From Escherichia coli (GTDB lineage: Bacteria; Pseudomonadota; Gammaproteobacteria; Enterobacterales; Enterobacteriaceae), in the NCBI RefSeq assembly GCF_022591475.1, contig NZ_CP093226.1: DNA of 32,000 nt. One strand, given 5' to 3'. The stretch's first letter is position 1, and the number at the start of each line of letters is the position of its first letter. The position numbers were made by a program, and so were the translations under genes. Below are positions 1-12,137 of the stretch, piece after piece. Below the pieces are notes generated by a model, which saw only the letters and a program-made list of their open reading frames with translations, searched no databases and was not told the origin of the DNA.

Positions 1-546
1 AGTGGTTTTGACCGGGAAGGAGAGTTGATGTTGTCATTGTTTTACAATAAAACAGTTATTGCCCGGTTAACATTTTCAGTCATTCTGACTCAAAATGGAC
101 ACATTGCTTTTATTGGCGGATTACAGGGAGCCCCTAAAAATACCGGACCTGATGTTATTCGGTGCGCAACCCGGGCCTGTTATGGGATTTTCCCAAAACG
201 GATTATTTTTGAAGCATTTTGTGCGTTGATGAAAGCTTGCAATATCTCTGAGTGTCTGGCAGTCAGTGAGCACAGTCATGTTTTCCGGCAATTGAGATAC
301 TGGTATCAGAAACGCAAAACCTTTGTTGCGGTCTATAGTGATTTCTGGGAGTCTGTAGCAGGAAAAACCTGTGGTGACTGGTACAGATTACCAACCCAGG
401 TGATTCGAAAGCCGCTAAGCGATATAGCCAGTAAAAAACGCTCTGAGTACCGAAAACGATACGCTTTGCTGGATTATATCCATGAAACTACTATCAGCTC
501 TTTGGATGCATATCCTGTACACTCAGAACATCAGAATTTAAATTAA
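1..546 (+). CDS. virK: VirK/YbjX-type (DUF535) protein, C-terminal part; gene continues off the left edge
   Basis: Frame is open from base 1 (SGFDREGELMMLSLFYNKT...). The residues resemble the VirK family C-terminus, and the adjacent msbB2-like gene matches the known virK-msbB2 arrangement. Recognised from memory; no search run. Confidence 0.7.
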   Translation, partial: SGFDREGELMLSLFYNKTVIARLTFSVILTQNGHIAFIGGLQGAPKNTGPDVIRCATRACYGIFPKRIIFEAFCALMKACNISECLAVSEHSHVFRQLRYWYQKRKTFVAVYSDFWESVAGKTCGDWYRLPTQVIRKPLSDIASKKRSEYRKRYALLDYIHETTISSLDAYPVHSEHQNLN

Positions 547-610
547 GGTTTGATGTATTCTCTGAATAAAACAGTAATGATAATTTTGGTAGAGGCATTC
601 GCACTAAATA

Positions 611-1555
611 ATGAAAAAATATAAATCTGAGTTTATTCCTGAATTTAAGAAAAATTACCTTTCCCCTGTTTACTGGTCTACATGGTTCCTTTTGGGAATG
701 ATTGCAGGTATTTCAATGTTTCCCCCTTCATTCAGAGATCCTGTCTTGGCAAAAATAGGGCGTTGGGCGGGCAGATTGAGCAAAAAAGCTCGTCGCAGGG
801 CGACGATTAATTTATCGCTTTGTTTCCCAGAAAAGAGTGATACAGAACGGGAAATAATTGTCGACAAAATGTTTATCACAGCATTGCAATCCATAGTGAT
901 GATGGCAGAACTGGCAATTCGTGGTCCGGAAAAGTTCCAGAAACGAGTGTTCTGGAAAGGCCTCGAAATTCTTGAGGAAATTCGACACAATAATAGAAAT
1001 GTGATTTTTCTGGTTCCCCATGGCTGGAGCGTGGATATTCCTGCAATGTTGCTGGCAGCTCAGGGAAAAAAAATGGCCGCCATGTTTCATCAGCAACGAA
1101 ATCCAGTGATTGATTATGTCTGGAATTCAGTACGGCGTAAATTCGGGGGGCGCTTACATGCCCGGGAGGATGGGATAAAACCATTTATTCAGTCAGTACG
1201 CCAGGGATACTGGGGATATTACCTCCCAGATCAGGATCATGGTCCTGAATACAGTGAATTTGCTGATTTTTTTGCGACCTATAAAGCGACATTACCAATC
1301 ATTGGACGTCTGATGAACATCAGTCAGGCTATGATTATACCACTTTTCCCGGTTTATGATGAAAAAAAACATCTACTGACTATTGAAATTCGGCCACCAA
1401 TGGATGCTTGCATTGCCAGCGCGGACAATAAAACGATTGCCCGACAAATGAACAAAACAGTGGAAATTTTGGTGGGGCCACATCCGGAACAGTATGTCTG
1501 GGTTTTAAAATTGTTAAAAACACGCAAATCAAACGAAGCGGACCCGTACCCTTGA
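611..1555 (+). CDS. msbB2: Lipid A biosynthesis (KDO)2-(lauroyl)-lipid IVA acyltransferase, MsbB2-like (LpxM paralogue)
   Basis: 314 aa with LpxL/LpxM-family features: N-terminal TM, FLVPHGWSVDIPAM (HxxxxD-type motif), MFHQQRNPVIDYVWNSVR, YYLPDQDHG. Located just after a virK-like gene. Confidence 0.85.
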   Translation: MKKYKSEFIPEFKKNYLSPVYWSTWFLLGMIAGISMFPPSFRDPVLAKIGRWAGRLSKKARRRATINLSLCFPEKSDTEREIIVDKMFITALQSIVMMAELAIRGPEKFQKRVFWKGLEILEEIRHNNRNVIFLVPHGWSVDIPAMLLAAQGKKMAAMFHQQRNPVIDYVWNSVRRKFGGRLHAREDGIKPFIQSVRQGYWGYYLPDQDHGPEYSEFADFFATYKATLPIIGRLMNISQAMIIPLFPVYDEKKHLLTIEIRPPMDACIASADNKTIARQMNKTVEILVGPHPEQYVWVLKLLKTRKSNEADPYP

Positions 1556-1671
1556 AATTATAAAGTACAAGTATTTCCACTAGTTGTTTGTAAGCGTACA
1601 GCCTGAACCGTCTGGTCAGAATCTGACGAATTAGACAAAGTGGTGTCCACCAAATAAGTAGTGGGAACCAA

Positions 1672-2918
1672 TGAGGTAGCCTGAGTTTAACGGACACTCC
1701 TTCCTGAAATAGAATGGCATCAGAAGGAGCTAATAATGAGCAGAAAAACCCAACGTTACTCTAAAGAGTTCAAAGCCGAAGCTGTCAGAACGGTTCTTGA
1801 AAATCAACTTTCGATCAGTGAAGGCGCTTCCCGATTATCTCTTCCTGAAGGCACTTTAGGACAATGGGTTACCGCCGCCAGAAAAGGGCTCGGTACTCCT
1901 GGTTCCCGCACGGTGGCTGAACTGGAATCTGAAATTCTGCAACTGCGTAAGGCGTTAAATGAAGCTCGCCTTGAGCGAGATATATTAAATTGCACAGGAG
2001 TCGCTGAAAAATACGCGTTAATCGAACAATGGCGACAACAATTTCCCATTGAAGCGATGTGTCAGGTATTTGGTGTATCCAGGAGCGGTTATTACAACTG
2101 GGTACAGCATGAACCCTCAGACAGAAAACAAAGTGATGAGCGGCTAAAACTGGAGATTAAGGTGGCACATATCCGCACTCGCGAAACATATGGAACCCGG
2201 CGGCTCCAGACGGAGCTGGCAGAGAATGGCATCATCGTTGGTCGTGACCGACTGGCACGTCTTCGTAAGGAGCTAAGGCTACGCTGTAAGCAGAAACGCA
2301 AGTTCAGAGCGACTACGAACTCGAACCACAATCTGCCAGTTGCGCCAAATCTGCTGAACCAGACGTTCGCTCCTACAGCACCAAATCAGGTCTGGGTGGC
2401 GGACCTGACGTATGTTGCCACACAGGAGGGATGGTTGTACCTCGCTGGCATCAAAGATGTTTATACGTGCGAAATTGTCGGCTACGCCATGGGAGAGCGC
2501 ATGACAAAAGAGCTGACAGGTAAAGCCCTGTTTATGGCGCTCAGGAGCCAGCGCCCACCTGCCGGGCTAATCCACCACTCTGATCGAGGTTCACAGTACT
2601 GCGCATACGATTACCGGGTCATACAGGAGCAGTTTGGTCTGAAAACATCAATGTCGCGTAAAGGTAACTGTTACGACAACGCTCCGATGGAAAGCTTCTG
2701 GGGAACGCTGAAAAATGAGAGCCTGAGCCACTATCGTTTTAATAACCGGGATGAAGCCATCTCAGTAATACGGGAATACATTGAGATTTTCTACAATCGT
2801 CAGCGTCGTCACTCTCGTCTGGGGAATATCTCCCCGGCAGCCTTCAGGGAAAAATATCATCAGATGGCTGCTTAAAAAAAGAACAAATGGTAGTGTCCGC
2901 TATTGCCAGTACACCTCA
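1672..2918 (+). mobile_element. IS3-family insertion sequence, IS600-like (1247 bp)
   Basis: Left end TGAGGTAGCCTGAGTTTAACGGACACT; right end AGTGTCCGCTATTGCCAGTACACCTCA is its imperfect inverse. The interior encodes an IS3-family transposase. Confidence 0.85.
1736..2875 (+). CDS. IS600-like transposase, OrfA and OrfB fused in one 379-aa ORF
   Basis: N-terminal HTH (MSRKTQRYSKEFKAEAVRTVLE) continues in one frame into the DDE integrase domain (VWVADLTYVATQEGWLYLAG, HHSDRGSQYC, NCYDNAPMESFWGTLK). Confidence 0.85.
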   Translation: MSRKTQRYSKEFKAEAVRTVLENQLSISEGASRLSLPEGTLGQWVTAARKGLGTPGSRTVAELESEILQLRKALNEARLERDILNCTGVAEKYALIEQWRQQFPIEAMCQVFGVSRSGYYNWVQHEPSDRKQSDERLKLEIKVAHIRTRETYGTRRLQTELAENGIIVGRDRLARLRKELRLRCKQKRKFRATTNSNHNLPVAPNLLNQTFAPTAPNQVWVADLTYVATQEGWLYLAGIKDVYTCEIVGYAMGERMTKELTGKALFMALRSQRPPAGLIHHSDRGSQYCAYDYRVIQEQFGLKTSMSRKGNCYDNAPMESFWGTLKNESLSHYRFNNRDEAISVIREYIEIFYNRQRRHSRLGNISPAAFREKYHQMAA

Positions 2919-3025
2919 ACATTCCACCATGCATTACGATTAACGCCGCATAGCCAGTTGAACTTTGCTACTTTGTGAGAGGTAGTACCTTCTATCCAGT
3001 GCGAATTTAATTAATGGAATAAATG

Positions 3026-5026
3026 ATTATGAGTGAAAATGATACAATCCCAAAGAAGTCTACAAGTCAGATTAACAAAGCGGTATTCTTTACATCTGCT
3101 TTGCTAATTTTCCTTCTTGTCGCCTTTGCCGCCGTATTCCCGGATGTCGCCGACAAAAATTTTAAACTACTTCAGCAACAAATCTTCACGAATGCCAGCT
3201 GGTTCTACATCCTTGCTGTGGCCCTGATTTTACTGAGTGTCACGTTCCTTGGACTCTCACGCTACGGTGATATCAAGCTGGGCCCGGACCATGCGCAGCC
3301 TGATTTCAGCTACCACTCCTGGTTTGCGATGCTTTTTTCGGCAGGGATGGGGATCGGCCTGATGTTCTTTGGCGTTGCCGAACCTGTAATGCATTATCTT
3401 TCGCCACCCGTTGGCACTCCAGAAACCGTTGCGGCAGCTAAGGAAGCAATGCGTCTGACCTTTTTCCACTGGGGACTGCACGCATGGGCAATTTATGCCA
3501 TTGTGGCGCTGATTCTGGCGTTCTTCAGTTACCGTCACGGTCTGCCTTTAACTCTGCGCTCCGCACTCTATCCCATTATTGGCGATCGCATATACGGACC
3601 TGTAGGACATGCGGTTGATATTTTCGCTGTTATAGGCACGGTCTTTGGCGTTGCGACATCACTGGGTTACGGTGTTTTGCAGGTGAATGCCGGTTTGAAC
3701 CATCTTTTCGGGGTGCCCATCAATGAAACGGTGCAGGTAATTCTGATCGTGGTCATCACGGGGTTAGCGACGATTTCAGTGGTGTCCGGTCTGGATAAGG
3801 GAATACGTATCCTGTCTGAACTCAATCTGGGTCTGGCTTTGTTGCTCCTGGCGCTGGTCCTGTGTCTGGGACCAACCGTGCTTCTGCTGAAGTCATTTGT
3901 GGAAAATACGGGCGGTTATCTTTCGGAACTGGTGAGTAAAACGTTCAACCTTTACGCGTATGAGCCCAAGTCGAGCAACTGGCTGGGGGGCTGGACATTA
4001 CTGTACTGGGGATGGTGGCTTTCATGGTCGCCGTTTGTGGGGATGTTCATCGCACGGGTCTCCCGCGGGCGAACCATTCGCGAGTTTGTCACCGGCGTGC
4101 TGTTTGTTCCCGCGGGTTTTACGCTAATGTGGATGACGGTGTTTGGTAACAGCGCGATCTATCTCATTATGAACCAGGGGGCCACAGACCTCGCCAATAC
4201 TGTTCAGCAGGATGTGGCGCTGGCCCTGTTTAATTTCCTGGAGCATTTCCCGTTCTCTTCTGTGCTGTCATTCATTGCAATGGCGATGGTCATCGTCTTC
4301 TTTGTAACGTCTGCTGATTCGGGGGCAATGGTTGTGGATACTCTGGCATCAGGTGGAGTGGCAAACACACCCGTCTGGCAGCGAATATTCTGGGCCTCGC
4401 TCATGGGCATTGTTGCAATTGCGCTTCTCCTTGCCGGAGGGCTAAGTGCGCTGCAAACGGTGACAATAGCGAGTGCATTGCCCTTCTCAGTGATCTTACT
4501 AATATCTATATACGGACTTTTAAAAGCTTTGCGCCGGGATTTGACCAAGCGTGAAAGCCTGAGCATGGCGACAATTGCTCCTACGGCTGCACGTAACCCA
4601 ATTCCTTGGCAGAGAAGGTTACGCAATATCGCGTATCTGCCGAAGCGATCTCTTGTGAAACGTTTTATGGACGACGTTATCCAGCCTGCCATGACGCTGG
4701 TTCAGGAGGAACTGAACAAGCAGGGGACGATAAGCCACATTAGTGATGCAGTCGACGATCGTATTCGTCTTGAAGTCGATTTGGGCAACGAGCTGAATTT
4801 TATATATGAAGTGAGGCTTCGCGGGTATATCTCACCGACCTTCGCGCTCGCCGCAATGGATAATGATGAGCAGCAGACTGAACAACATCGATATTATCGC
4901 GCTGAGGTTTATCTCAAAGAAGGCGGTCAAAATTATGATGTGATGGGCTGGAACCAGGAACAGCTGATTAATGACATACTGGACCAGTACGAAAAACACC
5001 TGCACTTCCTGCACCTGGTTCGTTAA
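3026..5026 (+). CDS. betT: BCCT-family (choline/betaine/carnitine) transporter, BetT-like
   Basis: About 667 aa, multi-TM, with BCCT signatures FSAGMGIGLMFFGVAEPV, FFHWGLHAWAIY and LLYWGWWLSWSPFVGMFIARVSRGRTIREF, plus a BetT-like cytoplasmic C-terminal tail. Confidence 0.85.
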   Translation: MMSENDTIPKKSTSQINKAVFFTSALLIFLLVAFAAVFPDVADKNFKLLQQQIFTNASWFYILAVALILLSVTFLGLSRYGDIKLGPDHAQPDFSYHSWFAMLFSAGMGIGLMFFGVAEPVMHYLSPPVGTPETVAAAKEAMRLTFFHWGLHAWAIYAIVALILAFFSYRHGLPLTLRSALYPIIGDRIYGPVGHAVDIFAVIGTVFGVATSLGYGVLQVNAGLNHLFGVPINETVQVILIVVITGLATISVVSGLDKGIRILSELNLGLALLLLALVLCLGPTVLLLKSFVENTGGYLSELVSKTFNLYAYEPKSSNWLGGWTLLYWGWWLSWSPFVGMFIARVSRGRTIREFVTGVLFVPAGFTLMWMTVFGNSAIYLIMNQGATDLANTVQQDVALALFNFLEHFPFSSVLSFIAMAMVIVFFVTSADSGAMVVDTLASGGVANTPVWQRIFWASLMGIVAIALLLAGGLSALQTVTIASALPFSVILLISIYGLLKALRRDLTKRESLSMATIAPTAARNPIPWQRRLRNIAYLPKRSLVKRFMDDVIQPAMTLVQEELNKQGTISHISDAVDDRIRLEVDLGNELNFIYEVRLRGYISPTFALAAMDNDEQQTEQHRYYRAEVYLKEGGQNYDVMGWNQEQLINDILDQYEKHLHFLHLVR

Positions 5027-5088
5027 TAGCAACATGCCGTCCTGGGGGCGGCAATTATTATCCCGGCCGCAATATGAGGGAATGCAGA

Positions 5089-6366
5089 ATGATTTCACGC
5101 TGGAAATGGATGCTGAAGCAGACAATTAAAAAACTATGGTTCAGGGCAACGTTATTCGCAATTGTCGCGATAATAACGGCCCTTTTATCAATTCTTTTTA
5201 AATCAATGATACCTGAGTCGGTTTCCGTGAAGGTTGGTGCGGAAGCAGTCGATAACATTCTGAACATACTGGCATCGAGTATGCTGGCAGTGACCACATT
5301 TTCGCTGAGTATCATGGTCACAGCCTACGGTTCAGCCACTACTAATGTGACTCCCAGAGCTACGCGTTTAGTTGTTGAAGACGTCACCACACAAAATGTA
5401 CTGGCCACCTTCATCGGTTCTTTTCTCTTCAGTCTGGTAGGGATTATTGCCCTCAATATGGGAGCTTATGGAGAAAGGGGGAGAGTCATTTTATTCATTG
5501 TCACACTGGTTGTCATTGCCTTAATCCTCATCACATTGCTTCGCTGGATACAGCATTTGACCTCTCTGGGGAGGGTTGGTGAGACAACGGCACAAGTAGA
5601 ACAGGCGGCCATCGAAACATTTATTGCGAGAGCAAGAAATCCCTGTCTCGGTGGATATCCATGGCTTGAGAACAATGAACAGCCGAAAGGAACGGTTGCA
5701 GTTTATCCGAAGAAGATTGGCTATGTTGAATATATTGATATGGTGAAACTTAGCAAGCTGCTGACCAATGATCCCCGTCATGTATACCTCGTGGCGCAGC
5801 CAGGCAGTTTCATACATCCGTCCATGCCAGTTTTGTACCTGAGTCAGGGCCAGGAGTCGTCAATCAACACCGATTTACTTGAGACGATTATTGTCTCGGA
5901 TGCACGTTCATTTGCTCAGGATCCTCGATTTTGTCTTAGCGTCATGGCCGAAATAGCCTGCCGGGCCCTTTCCCCTGCAGTGAACGATCCTGGAACCGCC
6001 ATTGATGTCATTGGCAGAGGTGTTCGTATACTTTCCACTTACGCGCAGAATAAATCTGATGAAATAGAAGTGAAATATCCTTCAGTACATGTTGCACCAC
6101 TTCAGAATAACGATCTACTGGAAGACTTTTTCTCACCTGTCGCGCGCGATGGTGCCAGTATGAGGGAGATTCAGATAAGAGTCCTTAAAGGACTGTCGAT
6201 GCTGAGTAAAGGTTGGCCTGAGATATTTGCTGAAGCCGCACATACCCTGGCATTTGAAACATTAGAGCATGCAACTCGTGCTGACCATATAGATTCTGAT
6301 AGATATCTAATAAAATCAACTTATTATAATTTATTTAGTGGCGAATATTCTAATAAAAAAACATAG
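5089..6366 (+). CDS. DUF2254-type predicted membrane protein
   Basis: 430-aa ORF (opened at 5074; likely start at 5089, MISRWKWML) with N-terminal TM helices and TTFSLSIMVTAYGSATTNVTPRATRLVVED plus ALSPAVNDPGTAIDVI, typical of DUF2254 as I recall. Confidence 0.65.
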   Translation: MISRWKWMLKQTIKKLWFRATLFAIVAIITALLSILFKSMIPESVSVKVGAEAVDNILNILASSMLAVTTFSLSIMVTAYGSATTNVTPRATRLVVEDVTTQNVLATFIGSFLFSLVGIIALNMGAYGERGRVILFIVTLVVIALILITLLRWIQHLTSLGRVGETTAQVEQAAIETFIARARNPCLGGYPWLENNEQPKGTVAVYPKKIGYVEYIDMVKLSKLLTNDPRHVYLVAQPGSFIHPSMPVLYLSQGQESSINTDLLETIIVSDARSFAQDPRFCLSVMAEIACRALSPAVNDPGTAIDVIGRGVRILSTYAQNKSDEIEVKYPSVHVAPLQNNDLLEDFFSPVARDGASMREIQIRVLKGLSMLSKGWPEIFAEAAHTLAFETLEHATRADHIDSDRYLIKSTYYNLFSGEYSNKKT

Positions 6367-6645
6367 CTGCAGAGCAAGCAATTCGGTTGTTGGCAAGTCA
6401 AGGGCAAAGCATTCGCGTGAGAATGGGCGTATGCTTTGTGCCAAAAGCAAACGTTGCTAATTCTGCACTGTTCAGCGATGGCGCAGTAGAGACAGGCACT
6501 GCCACTGTCCAGTCGGCAAAAGCGAACACTTTGCCACTGCGGGGATAAACTGATTGAAGCTCTCGCGCAAAATCACTTATTCTTTTGCGTTAATAAAATG
6601 TAGGAGATGGGTCATTGATCCTACCCACGTAATATGGACACAGGC

Positions 6646-7512
6646 CTAAGCGAGGTTCTTGTTTTCAAATTGTTCCGGACTGAGGCCGCCACACCAACTG
6701 TGCCGCCGCCACCGATTGTAATCACATTCGATATAATTAAACACCGTTGCCCGCATTATTTCCCGGCTGATAAAGTGTTCTCCATGGATACATTCCACTT
6801 TCAGCGAATGAAAGAAGCTTTCCACGCAGGCATTATCGTAGCAGCAACCTTTTGCGCTCATACTTCCACGCAGATTATGCCGCTTCAGTTGCGCCTGATA
6901 ATCTGCTGAACAGTACTGGCCTCCACGGTCCGTGTGAACGATAACGTTCCGGGGCCTCTTACGCCGCCACAGCGCCATCTGCAGGGCATCGCAGGCCAGT
7001 TGCGCCGTCATGCGTGGCGACATTGACCAGCCAATAACGGCACGTGACCACAGGTCAATGACCACTGCCAGATACAGCCAGCCTTCATCTGTACGTAAGT
7101 ACGTGATGTCTCCTGCCCACTTCTGGTTCGGGCCACTGGCGTAAAAATCCTGCTCCAACAGATTTTCTGACACAGGCAGGCCGTGTGCGCGGTAGCTGAC
7201 CGGGCTGAACTTCCGGGAGGCCTTTGCCCTCAGTCCCTGACGGCGCAGGCTTGCCGCCACGGTTTTTACGTTAAAGGGGTAACCCTGAGCACGCAGTTCA
7301 TCCGTCAGGCGTGGGGCACCGTAACGCTGTTTTGACCGGGTAAAAGCCGCGAGGACAACGCTGTCGCAGTGTTGGCGGAACTGCTGACGCGTGCTTATCC
7401 TTGTCCGCCGCTGACACCACGTATACCAGCCGCTGCGGGCCACCCGGAGCACGCGGCACATTGCTTTGATGCTGAACTCAGCCTGATGTTTTTCAATAAA
7501 GACATACTTCAT
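6646..7512 (-). CDS. IS3 transposase OrfB (DDE domain; starts by frameshift from OrfA)
   Basis: 288 aa: [60 protein letters not shown]. Confidence 0.93.
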
Positions 7513-7817
7513 TTCAGGCGCTTCGCGAAGTATGTCGCGGCCTTTTGGAGGATAGCCAGCTCTTCATCCCGTTCTGCCAGCTGGCGTTTGAGACGTGCAA
7601 TCTCGGTAGACATCTCCAGTTCACGTTCAGAAGACGTCTGCTGATTTTGCTGTTTACTGCGCCAGTTGTAGAGCTGTGATTCATACAGGCTGAGTTCACG
7701 GGCTGCGGCAGTAACACCGATGCGTTCAGCAAGCTTCAGGGCTTCACTGCGAAATTCAGGCGAATGCTGTTTACGGGGTTTTTTACTGGTTGATACTGTT
7801 TTTGTCATGTGAGTCAC
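7509..7817 (-). CDS. IS3 transposase OrfA (HTH)
   Basis: 102 aa: [53 protein letters not shown]; overlaps OrfB as in IS3-family elements. Confidence 0.93.
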
Positions 7818-7874
7818 CTCTGACTGAGAGTTTACTCACTTAGCCGCGTGTCCACTATTGCTGGGTAAGATCAC

Positions 7875-8938
<1,064 letters not shown>

Positions 8939-10008
8939 TGCCACTGCTGGATAAGCTGCGTGAGCAGTACGGGGTCGGACCGCTATGCAGCGAACTGCAT
9001 ATTGCCCCGTCAACGTATTACCACTGTCAGCAACAGCGACATCATCCGGATAAACGCAGTGCCCGTGCGCAGCGCGATGACTGGCTGAAGAAAGAGATAC
9101 AGCGCGTATACGATGAAAATCACAAGGTATACGGTGTGCGTAAAGTCTGGCGTCAGTTGTTACGGGAAGGTATCAGAGTGGCCAGATGCACTGTGGCACG
9201 TCTCATGGCGGTTATGGGACTTGCCGGTGTTCTCCGGGGTAAAAAGGTCCGTACGACCATCAGCCGGAAAGCCGTTGCCGCAGGCGACCGCGTAAACCGT
9301 CAGTTCGTGGCAGAACGACCTGACCAGCTGTGGGTGGCTGATTTTACTTACGGTGTGCCCGGAGTTCAGGGCGGGCATGGATGCTTAAATGAACCGCGAG
9401 TCTGTCTGGAATATTGAGCCGGTAACTCACGATGAGAAACCCAACAATCCCACCGGGTGTGACGGTGGAGAACCTGAGCGGCAGTGACCTGCGGCATGCC
9501 CGCAGGGTGATGTAACCCGCTGACAACGGGGATTGAGGCGAGATCACTAAGCCGAGATGATCCTCAAGGTTAAGTACTGAAAGGCTGAAGAACATGAACC
9601 CGTTAATCCGCCTCTGTGGGTTGAAAACGTCACCACGGCCTACGTGATCTGACAGGCCGTGCAGGAGGAACTGGCAGTGATACGTAAGCACTGCCGGTCG
9701 AAGGTGTTTTGACATGTATGCGAAACACCGGGGCAGCAGCGTCTATCACGCTTGCGTTGCTGACTTCTGCCAACTTGCGGCAAGCAAGGATAAAGAGTGC
9801 GACGGGCAGCCTCCTCAGTATGCCTGAGTCCAGGCAGGTAAACCGGGGAAGGTCAGCGACGGATGTTAAGGGGGCATGGCTCCGATGACGCGCTGGCTGG
9901 CGGAGCTTCCGTAGTAGTCCGCGATGGGGAAAGCCCATTACATGGCGAAGGGAAGCAGTTTGAATGTGTTTGCGACGTGAATTAACTGACCTAACGAGGT
10001 GAAGACCT

Positions 10009-11532
10009 TTGATAATCAGCGAAATGCAACGCAAGCTTGCCACATGGGCAGTCACCGATCCGTCCCTACGGATTCAACGGCTGCTGCGTCTGATAACACA
10101 ACCAGAATGGCTGGCTGAAGCGGCGCGGATCACGCTTTCATCAAAGGGGGCCCATACCCCCGGCGTTGATGGCGTGAACAAAACAATGCTACAGGCCAGA
10201 CTGGCTGTTGAGCTGCAAATCCTCAGGGATGAATTACTCTCAGGCCACTACCAGCCCTTGCCCGCCAGACGGGTTTACATCCCTAAAAGCAACGGCAAAC
10301 TGCGACCACTGGGTATCCCCGCGTTGCGGGATCGTATTGTTCAGCGGGCCATGCTGATGGCGATGGAGCCGATATGGGAGAGTGATTTTCATACGCTCTC
10401 ATATGGCTTCCGGCCTGAGCGCAGTGTCCACCACGCGATCCGCACGGTGAAATTACAGCTCACAGACTGTGGTGAAACCCGGGGACGCTGGGTGATTGAA
10501 GGCGACCTGTCCAGTTACTTCGACACCGTACATCATCGACTGCTGATGAAGGCTGTACGCCGCAGGATCAGTGACGCACGTTTCATGACTCTGCTGTGGA
10601 AAACCATCAAGGCGGGACATATCGATGTCGGTCTCTTTCGGGCGGCCAGTGAAGGTGTGCCACAGGGCGGTGTTATATCGCCGCTATTATCGAACATCAT
10701 GCTGAATGAGTTCGATCAATACCTGCATGAGCGCTACCTGAGCGGGAAAGCCAGAAAAGATCGGTGGTACTGGAATAACAGTATCCAACGGGGCCGAAGT
10801 ACGGCGGTCAGAGAAAACTGGCAGTGGAAACCCGCGGTGGCGTACTGCCGCTATGCCGATGATTTTGTCCTCATCGTCAAAGGCACCAAAGCACAGGCGG
10901 AAGCCATCAGGGAGGAGTGTCGGGGTGTGCTCGAAGGCAGTCTGAAACTCAGGCTGAACATGGATAAGACTAAAATCACCCATGTTAATGACGGCTTTAT
11001 CTTTCTGGGGCACAGGATCATTCGCAAACGCAGTCGTTATGGCGAGATGCGAGTGGTCTCAACGATCCCGCAGGAGAAAGCCAGAAACTTCGCCGCATCG
11101 CTGACAGCACTGTTATCAGGCAACTACAGTGAAAGCAAAGTCGATATGGCTGAACAACTCAACCGAAAACTGAAAGGCTGGGCCATGTTCTATCAGTTCG
11201 TTGATTTTAAGGCCAAAGTCTTCAGTTATATCGACCGTGTCGTGTTCTGGAAGCTGGCTCACTGGCTGGCCCGCAAATACCGTACAGGTATCGCTTCCCT
11301 GATGAGGTGGTGGTGTAAATCACCGAAACCGGGTCAGAGCAAAACGTGGGTTTTATTTGGTAAAACCAATCACGGCAAGCTCAGCGGCGAAATACTGTAC
11401 CGGTTGGTGGGGCAAGGCAAGAAGCTGTTCCGCTGGCGGCTACCCGAAGGTAATCCCTATCTGAGGACGGAGACCAGAAACACGTATACATCGCGCTTTA
11501 CAGAAGTGGCAATGGCGTTCGCCAGCATTTAA
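10009..11532 (+). CDS. ltrA: Group II intron reverse transcriptase/maturase (LtrA-type)
   Basis: 507 aa: PARRVYIPKSNGKLRPLGIPALRDRIVQRAMLMAMEPIWE, EGDLSSYFDTVHH, GVPQGGVISPLLSNIMLNEFD, YCRYADDFVLI. Confidence 0.93.
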   Translation: MIISEMQRKLATWAVTDPSLRIQRLLRLITQPEWLAEAARITLSSKGAHTPGVDGVNKTMLQARLAVELQILRDELLSGHYQPLPARRVYIPKSNGKLRPLGIPALRDRIVQRAMLMAMEPIWESDFHTLSYGFRPERSVHHAIRTVKLQLTDCGETRGRWVIEGDLSSYFDTVHHRLLMKAVRRRISDARFMTLLWKTIKAGHIDVGLFRAASEGVPQGGVISPLLSNIMLNEFDQYLHERYLSGKARKDRWYWNNSIQRGRSTAVRENWQWKPAVAYCRYADDFVLIVKGTKAQAEAIREECRGVLEGSLKLRLNMDKTKITHVNDGFIFLGHRIIRKRSRYGEMRVVSTIPQEKARNFAASLTALLSGNYSESKVDMAEQLNRKLKGWAMFYQFVDFKAKVFSYIDRVVFWKLAHWLARKYRTGIASLMRWWCKSPKPGQSKTWVLFGKTNHGKLSGEILYRLVGQGKKLFRWRLPEGNPYLRTETRNTYTSRFTEVAMAFASI

Positions 11533-11534
11533 AT

Positions 11535-11573
11535 GGAGAGCCGGATGCGCTGAAAGGTGCACGTCCGGTTCGG
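11535..11573 (+). ncRNA. Group II intron domain V hairpin
   Basis: GAGCCGGATGCGCTGAAAGGTGCACGTCCGGTTC just after the IEP stop, typical D5 fold with a GAAA-containing loop. Confidence 0.85.
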
Positions 11574-11594
11574 GGAGGAGAGGCAGGGAAATAG

Positions 11595-12092
<498 letters not shown>

Positions 12093-12137
12093 TGAGTTCA
12101 CAGATAAAACACTCTCCAGGAAACCCGGGGCGGTTCA

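Larger units (their letters stand above)
6616..7873 (-). mobile_element. IS3, complete, 1258 bp, flanked by 3-bp CAT target duplication
   Basis: Ends TGATCCTACCCACGTAATATGGACACAGGCCTAAGC and (inverse) TGATCTTACCCAGCAATAGTGGACACGCGGCTAAG. CAT is present at 6613-6615 and 7874-7876. Confidence 0.95.

Noticed and set aside
1641-1671. Possible extra IS end (TGGTGTCCACCAAATAAGTAGTGGGAACC) next to the IS600-like element
   Set aside because: Resembles short IS terminal motifs, but no matching partner end or transposase fragment is visible.
9344-10055. Minus-strand ORFs (123 and 141 aa) inside the intron
   Set aside because: They overlap the structured 5' half of the group II intron (domain I), including the EBS1 hairpin; no protein family recognised.
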